DNA from: an uncultured Eubacteriales bacterium
GTDB lineage: Bacteria > Bacillota > Clostridia > Peptostreptococcales > Anaerovoracaceae
Length of the DNA stretch: 64,000 nucleotides
NCBI GenBank assembly: GCA_949286985.1
Contig: CASEEM010000017.1
Location: forward strand, 16,176 to 80,175
Direction: 5' to 3'
The translations under genes and the position numbers were made by a program. A model generated the notes under the pieces. The model saw only the letters and a list, made by a program, of their open reading frames with translations, did not search any database and had not been told where the DNA came from. Each line of letters starts with the position of its first letter. Positions within the stretch are counted from its first letter, which is position 1. Shown in pieces: positions 9,590-19,310 of the stretch.

Positions 9590-10178
9590 GCTGCAGGTGA
9601 AGGAAGCGATCATCGTGGAAGGACGCGATGATGTCGACGCCGTCAGCAAGGCCTGCGACGCACTCATCATCGCGACGCACGGCTTCGGCATCACGAAGGA
9701 GACCTGGAAGCTTATCGACAAGGCGGCCCGCGAGAAGGGCCTCCTCATCCTGACCGATCCTGATTTCTCAGGCGAAGAGATCCGCCGCCGCATCACCGCC
9801 GAGTATCCCGACGCGAAGCAGGCTTATCTCCCGCGGAGCAAGGCGCTCAAGAAGGGCGATATCGGCGTGGAAAATGCCGCCCCGGAAGCCATCCGTGAGG
9901 TCCTCGAGCAGGCGGCTGCTCTGGATACCGCGAGAAGCGAGAAGCAAGCGGACGGCAGCCGGCCGGAGCCGCTCAGCGGCCGTGACCTCTGTGAGCTCGG
10001 GCTGGACGGCACGCCGGGATCGAAGGGGCTTCGCATCCTGGTCGGTGCCGCACTCGGCATCGGATACGGCAACGCCAAGACCTTCCGAAAGAAGATCAAT
10101 TATTTCGGAATCGATAAGGACAGCATCAAGGAGATTATCGAGAGCATTGAACAGCAAGAGAAGGAAAAGCAGCAATAA
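9582..10178 (+). CDS. rnmV: Ribonuclease M5 (Toprim domain)
   Basis: KEAIIVEGRDD, LTDPDFSGEEIR, IGVENA, LGIGYGNAK; upstream of rsmA. Confidence 0.92.
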   Translation: MNKLQVKEAIIVEGRDDVDAVSKACDALIIATHGFGITKETWKLIDKAAREKGLLILTDPDFSGEEIRRRITAEYPDAKQAYLPRSKALKKGDIGVENAAPEAIREVLEQAAALDTARSEKQADGSRPEPLSGRDLCELGLDGTPGSKGLRILVGAALGIGYGNAKTFRKKINYFGIDKDSIKEIIESIEQQEKEKQQ

Positions 10179-11004
10179 AGGGAAAGCACCGTTCAGACAC
10201 AAGAAGAGTCTCGGGCAGAACTTTCTGTGCGACGACGCGATTATCGAAGCCATCGTGGACAGCACGGAGGCGGATGATCGCACCCTTGTTGTCGAAATCG
10301 GTCCCGGCGAAGGCGCGCTGACGACGAAGCTCGTCGAGCGGGCCGGACGAGTTGCGGCCATTGAGCTGGACGACCGGCTGATTCCCATCCTTCATACCAT
10401 GTTTGCTCTTCATGATAATTTCCGCTTGATTCATGAAGATATTCTTCAGGTAGATCTTGCCGCCCTGACCGAGGAGGAGATGCGCGAACACGGACTCGAG
10501 CATCTCGCCGTCGTCGGCAATCTGCCCTATTACATCACGACGCCGATTATCATGCATCTTCTGGAAGCGGAGCTCCCGTACCGGAGCATCACCGTCATGA
10601 TGCAGAAGGAGGTCGGCGAACGACTTCTCGCCGAGCCGGGCACGCGCCTCGCCGGCGCTATTACGCATGCCGTCCATTATCACTGCGAGGTGAGCAAGGT
10701 CTGCGATGTGCCGCGCACGGCTTTCAATCCGCCGCCGAAGGTGGATTCGATGGTTCTTCGCCTGAATCGCAGAGAGCATCCGCCGATTGAGACCGCCGAT
10801 GCGGATTTTTATTTCCGCTGCGTCAAAGCGGGATATGCACTTCGGCGCAAAACGCTGCCGAATGCGCTCGCGGCGATGGAGGGCGTGACGCGCGAGCAGA
10901 TCGGCCGCGCGCTGGAAGAGGCGAATATCGATGCGAGCCGGAGAGCCGAAACGCTGTCGATGGAGGAGTTCGCAAGACTGGCTGATTGCCTGAGAGAGGA
11001 GTAA
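10147..11004 (+). CDS. rsmA: 16S rRNA adenine dimethyltransferase RsmA/KsgA
   Basis: KKSLGQNFL, EIGPGEG, GNLPYYIT, PPPKVDS, RRAETLS; TTG start inferred. Confidence 0.95.
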   Translation: MNSKRRKSSNKGKAPFRHKKSLGQNFLCDDAIIEAIVDSTEADDRTLVVEIGPGEGALTTKLVERAGRVAAIELDDRLIPILHTMFALHDNFRLIHEDILQVDLAALTEEEMREHGLEHLAVVGNLPYYITTPIIMHLLEAELPYRSITVMMQKEVGERLLAEPGTRLAGAITHAVHYHCEVSKVCDVPRTAFNPPPKVDSMVLRLNRREHPPIETADADFYFRCVKAGYALRRKTLPNALAAMEGVTREQIGRALEEANIDASRRAETLSMEEFARLADCLREE

Positions 11005-11007
11005 TTC

Positions 11008-13107
11008 GTGAAGATAAAGGTATTGTCCGTCCTGAAGCGCATCAAGGAGAAGCTTCTGGATGTTTATGATAAAGCGCATACGAAGTTTCGGAATCGCTTT
11101 CCGAAGAAGCCGCCGAAATATTACGACGGCAAGCTTCATGACCGCAGGTATCTCGTGAGGCTCGCAGTCATCGCGTTTTTCATCTATCTTTATATCGAAG
11201 TATTTGCGAGGGTGACGATCGGACCGTTCGAGGGATTCCTCTATCTCTTTCAGCATCCGATCATCTTCTTCTATAACTGCCTGATCATTTTCACGACGCT
11301 GACCTTGGCGCTCTTCTTCCGCCGCCGAGGCTTCGCCGTCTTCATGATTTCGCTCTTCTGGATCCTGATCGGCACGGCGAACGGAGGCATTCTCCTGAAG
11401 CGCATGACGCCCTTCACGCTGTACGACCTCCAGAATTTCGAGGACGGACTCTCGCTGGTGACGACGTATTTCTCCAGGGTGCAGATCATCCTGGCCGTCA
11501 TTGCCGTCGTCATCCTCGGCGCCATCATCGTTCTCTATTTCATCGGATGCATGAAGTGGCAGAACATCAACCGCAAGAAGGCACTCGGCATCTTCGCCGT
11601 GAGCTTTGCCGTCACGATGGGCAGCACCTTTGTTCTGATTCATACGAATACGCTCAGCACCTTTTTCGGCAACCTCAATTATGCTTATAATGATTACGGC
11701 GTTCCGTATTGCTTCATCAACACCTCCCTCAACACCGGCATCAGCAAGCCGGACGGATATTCGGAAGAGAGCATGACGAAGATCCTTGAGGAGGACACGA
11801 CGAAGGGAACGAATACGACGCTCGAGACGAAGGAGGATGATCAGAATTATCCGAATGTCATCATCCTCCAGATGGAATCCTTCACGCAGGCGCAGGATTA
11901 TAATAATATCGAAGTATCGACGGATCCGACGCCGGTCTTCAACAGCCTGATGGAGAATTATTCCTCCGGCTGGTTTGAGGTTCCGGCCTGCGGCGCAGGT
12001 ACGGCGAACACGGAATTCGAGGTCCTCACGGGTATCAGCTCGAAGTTCTTCGGTCCTGGCGAATATCCGTACAAGGGAAAGCTCCGTGACCAGGCGCTGG
12101 AGAATATGACGACCGTCTTCAAGAGTCACGGATTTTCCGCGAACGCGATGCACGACCACCGCGGCCTCTTCTACAACCGCAACGAGGTCTACGACCAGCT
12201 CGGTTTCGAGAGCTTCACCTCGCTCGAATACATGAACAACATCACGAAGACGCCGACGAACTGGTGCAAGGACTCCGTCATGCTCCCGAACATTCAGGAG
12301 ATCATGGAGTCGACGGAATCGCGCGACTTCATGCACATCATTTCGGTACAGGGCCACGGTGCTTATCCGACGCAGCAGGTCTTCAAGGATCCGTATGTCA
12401 CGGTTTCGGCGAAGAATGAAGAGACGCGCTGGAAGTACGAATATTACTTCAACGAAATGCACGAGATGGATACCTTCATCGGAGATCTCATCGACCAGCT
12501 CGAGGCCTCCGGTGAACCGACCGTCCTCCTCATTTACGGCGACCACATCCCGGCGCTCGATGTCAAGGAATCGGATTATGCCGACGGCGATCTCTATCAG
12601 ACGCATTACGTGCTCTGGGACAACATAGGTCTCGAAAAGCAGGATATGGATCTCGATGCGTACCGGATCGGTGCGGTGATTCTCGAGCGCATCGGCATGG
12701 CCCACGAGGGCGTCATCTTCGATTATCAGCAGACGAAGAGCCGCGATGCCGCCGGTTATACCGAGAACCTGAAGGCGCTGGCTTATGACATGCTTTACGG
12801 CGAGAATTATATCTTCGGCGGATCGAATCCGTTCAAGGCGGCCGGCATGCGCATGGGCTTCAAGGAGATCTCCATCAGCGGCATCACACAAATCGGCGAC
12901 AATTACTACATCACCGGTAAGAACTTCACGGATCACAGCACCGTCAGCCTTGACGGCGAGGTGCTCGATACGGTCTATCTGAGTCCGACCCTGCTCGGTC
13001 TCCAGGAAGAGGTGGATCCGGAGGATGTTTCGAAGCTCACCGTCAGCCAGATCGATACGAAGGATGATACCATCCTCTCGACCATCAACGGCATGGAGGA
13101 GCTGTAA
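11008..13107 (+). CDS. LTA synthase family sulfatase-like membrane protein
   Basis: About five N-terminal TM helices, QMESF, GTANTEFEVLTG catalytic Thr motif, YGDH. Confidence 0.9.
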   Translation: MKIKVLSVLKRIKEKLLDVYDKAHTKFRNRFPKKPPKYYDGKLHDRRYLVRLAVIAFFIYLYIEVFARVTIGPFEGFLYLFQHPIIFFYNCLIIFTTLTLALFFRRRGFAVFMISLFWILIGTANGGILLKRMTPFTLYDLQNFEDGLSLVTTYFSRVQIILAVIAVVILGAIIVLYFIGCMKWQNINRKKALGIFAVSFAVTMGSTFVLIHTNTLSTFFGNLNYAYNDYGVPYCFINTSLNTGISKPDGYSEESMTKILEEDTTKGTNTTLETKEDDQNYPNVIILQMESFTQAQDYNNIEVSTDPTPVFNSLMENYSSGWFEVPACGAGTANTEFEVLTGISSKFFGPGEYPYKGKLRDQALENMTTVFKSHGFSANAMHDHRGLFYNRNEVYDQLGFESFTSLEYMNNITKTPTNWCKDSVMLPNIQEIMESTESRDFMHIISVQGHGAYPTQQVFKDPYVTVSAKNEETRWKYEYYFNEMHEMDTFIGDLIDQLEASGEPTVLLIYGDHIPALDVKESDYADGDLYQTHYVLWDNIGLEKQDMDLDAYRIGAVILERIGMAHEGVIFDYQQTKSRDAAGYTENLKALAYDMLYGENYIFGGSNPFKAAGMRMGFKEISISGITQIGDNYYITGKNFTDHSTVSLDGEVLDTVYLSPTLLGLQEEVDPEDVSKLTVSQIDTKDDTILSTINGMEEL

Positions 13108-13118
13108 TATCGCGGAAA

Positions 13119-13149
13119 AGCGGCCTCTCCTTTAAACGGGGAGGCCGCT
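13119..13149. terminator. Hairpin/terminator after LTA synthase gene
   Basis: AGCGGCCTCTCC ... GGGGAGGCCGCT inverted repeat. Confidence 0.65.
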
Positions 13150-13161
13150 GCTCTGAATACG

Positions 13162-13300
13162 TAATCCACAATTTCATGTGAATAATTCGAGGAAATGTTA
13201 ATAACTCCCGACAAGTATTCCACAATTTGCTGAAATAGATGTGGAAAACCCCGGGAGGAGCAGGAAACGCATGTTAATAAGTGCATAAATATGTGCATAA
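13162..13300. promoter_or_regulatory. DnaA-box cluster (eight 9-mers)
   Basis: Three exact TTWTNCACA matches (13177, 13240, 13292) and five one-mismatch boxes in an AT-rich intergenic stretch. Confidence 0.8.
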
Positions 13301-13366
13301 CTGTCGGCGGAGTCCGGCGCAGCGGACTCGCAGCGCATCCAAAGGCGAAGAAAAGGCGGAGAACCC

Positions 13367-15610
13367 ATGAATTACAAGGATATCTTTCGAAGCGGAGCGA
13401 AGAAAACATCGATCGGCGGCCAGGCCATCATGGAAGGCGTCTACCTGCGGTCGCAGGAATGCCAGGCGCTGGCCGTACGTCTTCCGGATGATACCATCCA
13501 TACGGAATATACGATGCTCGGGGAGCCGGGCGCCGTGACCAAGGTGCCGCTCGTCCGCGGCGTCGTGAGCTTCTTTCTCTCGCTTTATCAAGGCATGAAG
13601 ACGCTGACCCGATCGGCCGACATCCTGGAGGAAGCGGAAGAGAGGGAAGAGCGGGACGAACGAAACGAAGACGCTTACGATGAAAGCGGCTTCTCGCCGG
13701 AAGAGGGTGATTCTTCAAAGAAAGAGAAGAAGGAGCAGCGAGAGAATACGCTCTGGAATCTCATGATGGTCTGTACGGTCCTCCTCTCCCTGGCGCTCTC
13801 CATTGCCATCTTCGTCATTCTGCCTACGGTGATCGTCGGATTCCTCCGGTCGGTCATCGCGAGCAACCTGGTGCTCAATCTCATCGAAGGATCACTCCGC
13901 ATACTCATCTTCGTGCTCTATGTGGTCGGCATCTCCTTCATGAAGGACATCTATCGCCTGTTCCAATACCACGGCGCAGAGCACAAGACCATTCACTGTT
14001 TTGAAGCCGGACTCGAGCTCACCCCGGAGAATGCGCAGCGCTTCTCCACCCTTCATCCGCGATGCGGAACGAGCTTCATCATGTTCGTCTTTATCATCAG
14101 CTTGCTGCTCTTCAGCTTCCTTGGTTGGCCGAACCTCGCCTGGCGCATTCTGTCCCGCATCCTGCTTCTTCCGGTCATCGCCGGCATCAGCTATGAGCTC
14201 CTTCGCTGGGCCGGACGGAGCGACGGAGCTTTCATCCGTGTGATGAGCTGGCCGGGACTCATGATGCAGCGCCTCACGACGAGAGAGCCGGACGATGAGC
14301 AGCTGGAGGTTGCCATCGCTGCGCTGCACGAGGTTCTCGCACATACCGACCTTTCGAAGGACGGTACGGAATATGAGAAGCGGAGAAGAAGAGTGAAGAG
14401 AGCTTCCGCCGCAGAGGACGAGGAGCCTCGCGAGAAAGAGAACATCCCTGCCGCAGAAAGCTCGGATGATGAGACTTCTTTCGCAAGGTCGGCGGACGGA
14501 GCCGCGTCTGCAGCGGGCCTTGACCCGGCGCTGGCGGCCGAGGCGGCCCATGCGTATGCCGAGGCGGAGCATGCCGCACGAAAAGCCGGCTTCCCATATA
14601 TCGAAGACGACTTCGAGAATCCGTTCGGCGTGCGGGAGGAGGCTGCCGCACTCGAAAGAGAACTGGCACAGGCGGAAGAGCGGCCGGCCCCGCACGCTGC
14701 GAAGGAAGCGCGCTTCGCGGATTTCCCGCGCTCCCGCTATGAAGAGGATATCACCTTGGCGAAGAACTGCGTCCGCGCCGGCATTCGCCGCCTCGAGGAG
14801 GCCGGCATCCCGAATGCGAAGGGCGAAGCGAGAGATATCTTCTGCTATGAGATGGGCTTCTCCCATACAGAGATCATCACGCGTGCGGATGAGCTTCTGC
14901 CGGTGGATCGTGTCCGAGAATACTTTGCGCTCATTCAAAAGCGCGCCGACGGCACGCCGCTTCAATATATCACGAAGGTCCAGGAATTCATGGGACTGCT
15001 CTTCCGACTCGATGAGAATGTCCTCATTCCGAGACAGGATACGGAAATCCTCGCCGATGAGACGATCCACTGGATCAAGTCGCAGGGGATCTGGGATCCG
15101 CGCGTGCTCGATCTCTGCACCGGCAGCGGCATTCTCGGCATCACCATGGCTTATACCTTCCCTTGTGCCGAAGTTGTCATGACGGATATCAGCCCGAAGG
15201 CGCTCGAGGTCGCCGCGAAGAATACGCAGTTTAACGAGACGAGCGACCGCTGCACGCTGAAACAGGGCAATTACTTCCGCGCACTGGAGCCGGACGAGAC
15301 CTTCGATGTCATTATCAGCAATCCTCCGTATATTGCGAGCGACGAGATCCTTCGTCTGACGAAGGATGTCCGCGACCACGAGCCGCGCCTCGCACTCGAC
15401 GGAGGCGAGGACGGTCTCAATGCATACCGCATCATCGCGATGGACGCAGGACAGCATCTCCGGAAGGGCGGACTCCTGGCGCTTGAAATCGGTTATGATC
15501 AAGGCGCATCGGTACCGCTGCTCCTCGAACGATCCGGGGACTTCGAGAACATCCGCGTCCTCCGAGATCTACAGCAGAGAGACCGCGTTGTACTGGCCGA
15601 ACGAAAGTAG
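13367..15610 (+). CDS. prmC: DUF1385 (YqhQ-like) membrane domain fused to release-factor glutamine methyltransferase PrmC/HemK
   Basis: GGQAIMEGV, YHGAEHK, HPRCGTSF, QRLTTREPD (DUF1385); PLQYI, VLIPRQDTE, DLCTGSG, SNPPY, ALDGGEDGL (PrmC) in one ORF. Confidence 0.92.
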   Translation: MNYKDIFRSGAKKTSIGGQAIMEGVYLRSQECQALAVRLPDDTIHTEYTMLGEPGAVTKVPLVRGVVSFFLSLYQGMKTLTRSADILEEAEEREERDERNEDAYDESGFSPEEGDSSKKEKKEQRENTLWNLMMVCTVLLSLALSIAIFVILPTVIVGFLRSVIASNLVLNLIEGSLRILIFVLYVVGISFMKDIYRLFQYHGAEHKTIHCFEAGLELTPENAQRFSTLHPRCGTSFIMFVFIISLLLFSFLGWPNLAWRILSRILLLPVIAGISYELLRWAGRSDGAFIRVMSWPGLMMQRLTTREPDDEQLEVAIAALHEVLAHTDLSKDGTEYEKRRRRVKRASAAEDEEPREKENIPAAESSDDETSFARSADGAASAAGLDPALAAEAAHAYAEAEHAARKAGFPYIEDDFENPFGVREEAAALERELAQAEERPAPHAAKEARFADFPRSRYEEDITLAKNCVRAGIRRLEEAGIPNAKGEARDIFCYEMGFSHTEIITRADELLPVDRVREYFALIQKRADGTPLQYITKVQEFMGLLFRLDENVLIPRQDTEILADETIHWIKSQGIWDPRVLDLCTGSGILGITMAYTFPCAEVVMTDISPKALEVAAKNTQFNETSDRCTLKQGNYFRALEPDETFDVIISNPPYIASDEILRLTKDVRDHEPRLALDGGEDGLNAYRIIAMDAGQHLRKGGLLALEIGYDQGASVPLLLERSGDFENIRVLRDLQQRDRVVLAERK

Positions 15611-15700
15611 CTGAATATAATCTGTTACTCTATCAACGCTTCACGGCGAGTAACGGGAACAGATTGTCAAAAACACAAAAGAACTGAAAGGAACAGAATC

Positions 15701-16792
15701 ATGAGTGAGAATCAGACGAAGACGCTGAAGATCGCCGTCATTTTCGGCGGATGCTCCGACGAGCACGAGGTGTCGAGAATGTCCGCAGTCAATGTCCTGA
15801 ACGGACTTCGCGCAGACCATTATGAGATCAAGGTCATCGGCATTACGAAGAACGGACGCTGGTATCTGACGGAGGCGTCGAACGAGGAGATTTATGACGG
15901 AAGCTGGGAGGCGCGCGAGGATAACCGCCAGGTCGTCATTCCGGCCGATCCGATCCTGCACGGCATCCTCGTCTTCGATGAGAAGGATCATGCCGTCGGC
16001 GAATATATCGACTGCGTCTTCCCGGTTCTCCACGGCGATAACGGAGAGGACGGAACGATTCAGGGCCTTCTCACCATGGCCGGTATCCCGTATGTCGGCT
16101 GCGGCATTAAGGCTTCGGCTGTCTCGATGGATAAGACGGCGACGAAGATCATCGCGGGTACGACGGGCGTGACGCAGGCGCGGTATGCCGTCGTCAAGAA
16201 GAAGGATTTCGAGAAGGATCCGGCCGGAGAGACGGAGCGCGCCTTCAAGGAAGTCAGCGACGGCAGCGAGACGATGTTCGTTAAGCCTTCCTCCGCCGGT
16301 TCGTCCGTCGGTGTCACCAAGGTCACGAAGAAGGAAGAGCTGCAGCCGGCCATCGAGAATGCGTTGATTTATGATGACAAGGCGCTCATCGAGGAGCTCA
16401 TCGTCGGCCGTGAGATCGAGATCGCTGTTCTCGGTAACGAGCATCCGGAGCACACCGCCGTCGGCGAGATTCTCACGGCGGGTGTTTTCTATGACTACGA
16501 CTCGAAGTATAACAACCCGGAGTCCACTACACGTATTGCCGACGATCTCCCGGAGGAGGTCAAGGCCGAGGTCGGCGATTATGCTATCAAGATTTTCAAA
16601 GCACTCGACTGCCGCGGTCTTTCGAGAGTCGACTTTTTCTATGACGAGAAGGGACGCGTCGTCTTTAATGAGATCAATACGATGCCGGGATTCACGAACA
16701 TCTCCATGTATCCGCAGCTCTGGGAGAATGCCGGCCTCTCGCAGCCGGAGCTCCTCCGCCGCCTCATCGATCTCGCGCTGGAAGAGGCATAA
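15701..16792 (+). CDS. ddl: D-alanine--D-alanine ligase
   Basis: GGCSDEHEVS, LHGDNGEDGTIQG, GSSVGV, FYDYDSKY, NEINTMPGFT. Confidence 0.96.
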   Translation: MSENQTKTLKIAVIFGGCSDEHEVSRMSAVNVLNGLRADHYEIKVIGITKNGRWYLTEASNEEIYDGSWEAREDNRQVVIPADPILHGILVFDEKDHAVGEYIDCVFPVLHGDNGEDGTIQGLLTMAGIPYVGCGIKASAVSMDKTATKIIAGTTGVTQARYAVVKKKDFEKDPAGETERAFKEVSDGSETMFVKPSSAGSSVGVTKVTKKEELQPAIENALIYDDKALIEELIVGREIEIAVLGNEHPEHTAVGEILTAGVFYDYDSKYNNPESTTRIADDLPEEVKAEVGDYAIKIFKALDCRGLSRVDFFYDEKGRVVFNEINTMPGFTNISMYPQLWENAGLSQPELLRRLIDLALEEA

Positions 16793-16946
16793 GCTCGCAC
16801 CGGAAGAGGCGCAGGATCGAACAATACGATAGCAAAATTCTATTAAAAATCGGTCAACCAGCGTTGAATTTGAAGACGAATGGTTATAATATGTTATATA
16901 ATTAAGAATATAAATGAGGTTCGTTAGGTATCAGAAAGGAGACGGC

Positions 16947-17795
16947 ATGCATAAGGTTGTACTTAACAGACAGCTTAGCCACGACATGTTCTGGATGGAG
17001 TTCGAGGCTCCGTATGTAGCGGCTAAAGCCAAGCCGGGTCAGTTCATCATCTTCCGCGTCGATGAGTTCGGAGAGAGAGTTCCGCTCACGATGGCAGGAA
17101 GCAACAAGGAGAAGGGCACGGTCACCATTATTTTCCAGGCGGTAGGACGCAGCACGATGCTCCTTTCGCAGCTCAAGGAGGGAGATTACATCCTCGATGT
17201 TGCGGGACCGCTCGGAAGACCAACGGAGATGGAGGGCCTCAAGAAGGTCTGCGTCGTCGGCGGCGGTACGGGTAATGCACTCGCTTATCCGGTGGCCAAG
17301 GGTCTTCACGATCACGGTATTCATGTCGACATGGTTTCGGGATTCAAGACGAAGGAGCTGATTTTCCTCGAGGACGAGTTCCGTGCAGCTGTCGATAATT
17401 ATTACCTCGTCACGGACGACGGTTCGTACGGCGAGAAGGCGCTCACCACGGAGAAGCTCAAGGAGCTCATCGAGGCGGGCAATGAATATGATGAGGTCAT
17501 CACGGTCGGACCGCCTATCATGATGAAGTTCGTCGCGAAGACGACGGAGCCTTACGGCATCAAGACCATCGCTTCTCTCACGGCATTGATGATCGACGGA
17601 ACCGGAATGTGCGGCGGATGCCGTGTTTCGGTCGGCGGCGAGACGAAGTACGCTTGCGTCGATGGTCCGGAGTTCGATGCACAGCTCGTGGATTGGGACA
17701 CGCTGCTCGCAAGAAATGCTTATTATGCAGAAGAAGAGAAGGAGGAGCGCGAGCACGTATGCAGATTGACGGGAGGAGTAAGACACTATGAATAG
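16947..17795 (+). CDS. nfnA: Ferredoxin:NADP+ oxidoreductase small subunit (NfnA/SudB-like)
   Basis: KPGQF, ERVPLT, GPLG, VGGGTG, MIDGTGMCGGCRV...CVDGPEF 2Fe-2S motif. Confidence 0.85.
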   Translation: MHKVVLNRQLSHDMFWMEFEAPYVAAKAKPGQFIIFRVDEFGERVPLTMAGSNKEKGTVTIIFQAVGRSTMLLSQLKEGDYILDVAGPLGRPTEMEGLKKVCVVGGGTGNALAYPVAKGLHDHGIHVDMVSGFKTKELIFLEDEFRAAVDNYYLVTDDGSYGEKALTTEKLKELIEAGNEYDEVITVGPPIMMKFVAKTTEPYGIKTIASLTALMIDGTGMCGGCRVSVGGETKYACVDGPEFDAQLVDWDTLLARNAYYAEEEKEEREHVCRLTGGVRHYE

Positions 17796-19179
17796 CGATA
17801 TGATGAAGAAGACGCCGATGCCGAGCCAGGATCCGAACGTTCGCAACAAGAACTTCGATGAGGTTGCGCTCGGTTATACGGAGGAGATGGCCATCGGCGA
17901 GGCCAAGAGATGCCTCCATTGCAAGCATCAGCCATGTGTCAGCGGCTGCCCGGTCAATGTTCGCATTCCGGAGTTCATCGCGAAGGTCGCCGAGGGCGAT
18001 TTCGCAGCCGCTTATGATATCATCACTTCGACGAACTCGCTTCCGGCGGTTTGCGGCAGAGTTTGCCCGCAGGAGACGCAGTGCGAGGGCAAGTGCGTTC
18101 GCGGCATCAAGGGCGAGCCGGTCGGTATCGGCCGTCTGGAGCGCTTCGTTGCCGATTGGCATCGCGCGCATGCCGACGGTGAGGCTGTCAAGAAGGCAGA
18201 GCCGAACGGCATCAAGGTAGCCATCGTCGGAGCAGGTCCGGCAGGACTTTCCTGCGCAGGCGACCTCGTCAACAAGGGATATGACGTCACGGTCTTCGAG
18301 AGCCTTCACAAGGAGGGCGGCGTACTCGTTTACGGTATTCCGGAGTTCCGTCTTCCGAAGGACATCGTCGCTTATGAGATCGACGGCCTTCGCGAGAAGG
18401 GCGTTCACTTCATCCACGATGTCGTCATCGGGCGTTCCCTCAATATCGATGACCTCTTCGACGAGGGTTATCAGGCTGTATTCGTCGGCACGGGCGCAGG
18501 ACTTCCGCGCTTCATGAACATCGAGGGCGAGAACCTCGTCGGTGTTTATTCCGCCAACGAGTACCTTACGCGTATCAACCTCATGAAGGGTTACCGCGAT
18601 GATTACGACACGCCGATCAAGCGTCACAAGAGAGTTGCCGTTGTCGGCGGCGGAAACGTTGCCATGGACGCTGCTCGCTGTGCGAAGAGAATGGGCGCAG
18701 AGGTTTACCTCATCTATCGCCGCGGCCGCGACGAGATGCCGGCACGTGCAGAGGAGATCGAGCACGCAGAGGAAGAGGGCATTCAGTTCCACCTCCTGAA
18801 CAACCCGGTTCGCATCCTCGGCGACGAGAAGAACGTCGTTAAGCAGATCGAGTGCATCAAGATGGAGCTCGGTGAGCCGGATGCCAGCGGCAGACGCAGA
18901 CCGGTCGAGGTCCAGGGATCGGAATTCACGATCGATGTCGACGGCGTCATCATGGCGCTCGGTACGAGACTGAACCACCTCATCTGCGAGACCACGGAGG
19001 GCCTCGAGGAGAATGACAGAGGCGGCATCATGATCGATGAGAACGGTGTCTGCACGAGAGAGGGCGTCTTCGCCGGCGGCGATGCGGTCACGGGTGCAGC
19101 CACGGTCATCAAGGCCATGGGAGCCGGCAAGGTTGCTGCGGCTTCGATGGACGAGTACCTGCAGAACAAGAACAAATAG
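17788..19179 (+). CDS. nfnB: NfnB/SudA-like large subunit (often annotated NADPH-dependent glutamate synthase, homotetrameric)
   Basis: RCLHCKHQPCVSGCP, CGRVCPQETQCE, GAGPAG, YGIPEFRLPK, GGGNVAMD; overlaps nfnA stop. Confidence 0.85.
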   Translation: MNSDMMKKTPMPSQDPNVRNKNFDEVALGYTEEMAIGEAKRCLHCKHQPCVSGCPVNVRIPEFIAKVAEGDFAAAYDIITSTNSLPAVCGRVCPQETQCEGKCVRGIKGEPVGIGRLERFVADWHRAHADGEAVKKAEPNGIKVAIVGAGPAGLSCAGDLVNKGYDVTVFESLHKEGGVLVYGIPEFRLPKDIVAYEIDGLREKGVHFIHDVVIGRSLNIDDLFDEGYQAVFVGTGAGLPRFMNIEGENLVGVYSANEYLTRINLMKGYRDDYDTPIKRHKRVAVVGGGNVAMDAARCAKRMGAEVYLIYRRGRDEMPARAEEIEHAEEEGIQFHLLNNPVRILGDEKNVVKQIECIKMELGEPDASGRRRPVEVQGSEFTIDVDGVIMALGTRLNHLICETTEGLEENDRGGIMIDENGVCTREGVFAGGDAVTGAATVIKAMGAGKVAAASMDEYLQNKNK

Positions 19180-19207
19180 CCATTGTTCCTTGTATATAAG
19201 CTTTAGC

Positions 19208-19247
19208 AAAAAAAGAGCGAAGCGGCGGAAGCTGCTTCGCTCTTTGC
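19208..19247. terminator. Bidirectional terminator between nfnB and coaBC
   Basis: A-run, AAAGAGCGAAGCGGC-GGAA-GCTGCTTCGCTCTTT. Confidence 0.8.
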
Positions 19248-19310
19248 TCTGTATGAACCTGTATGCGGCGGACTCGGCCGCCGCTGAAATCTCCGTGACG
19301 GATCCGCGCA

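Noticed and set aside
10135-12936. Long antisense ORFs (933 aa here; also 3936-5747, 37758-39533 and others)
   Set aside because: Shadows of well-supported opposite-strand genes caused by GC-rich codon bias; no recognisable motifs
15701-16792. VanA/VanB-type resistance ligase
   Set aside because: The omega loop YDYDSKY is of the D-Ala-D-Ala type and there are no vanH/vanX/vanRS genes nearby
17788-19179. True glutamate synthase
   Set aside because: No gltB large subunit; pairing with the NfnA-like gene favours a transhydrogenase
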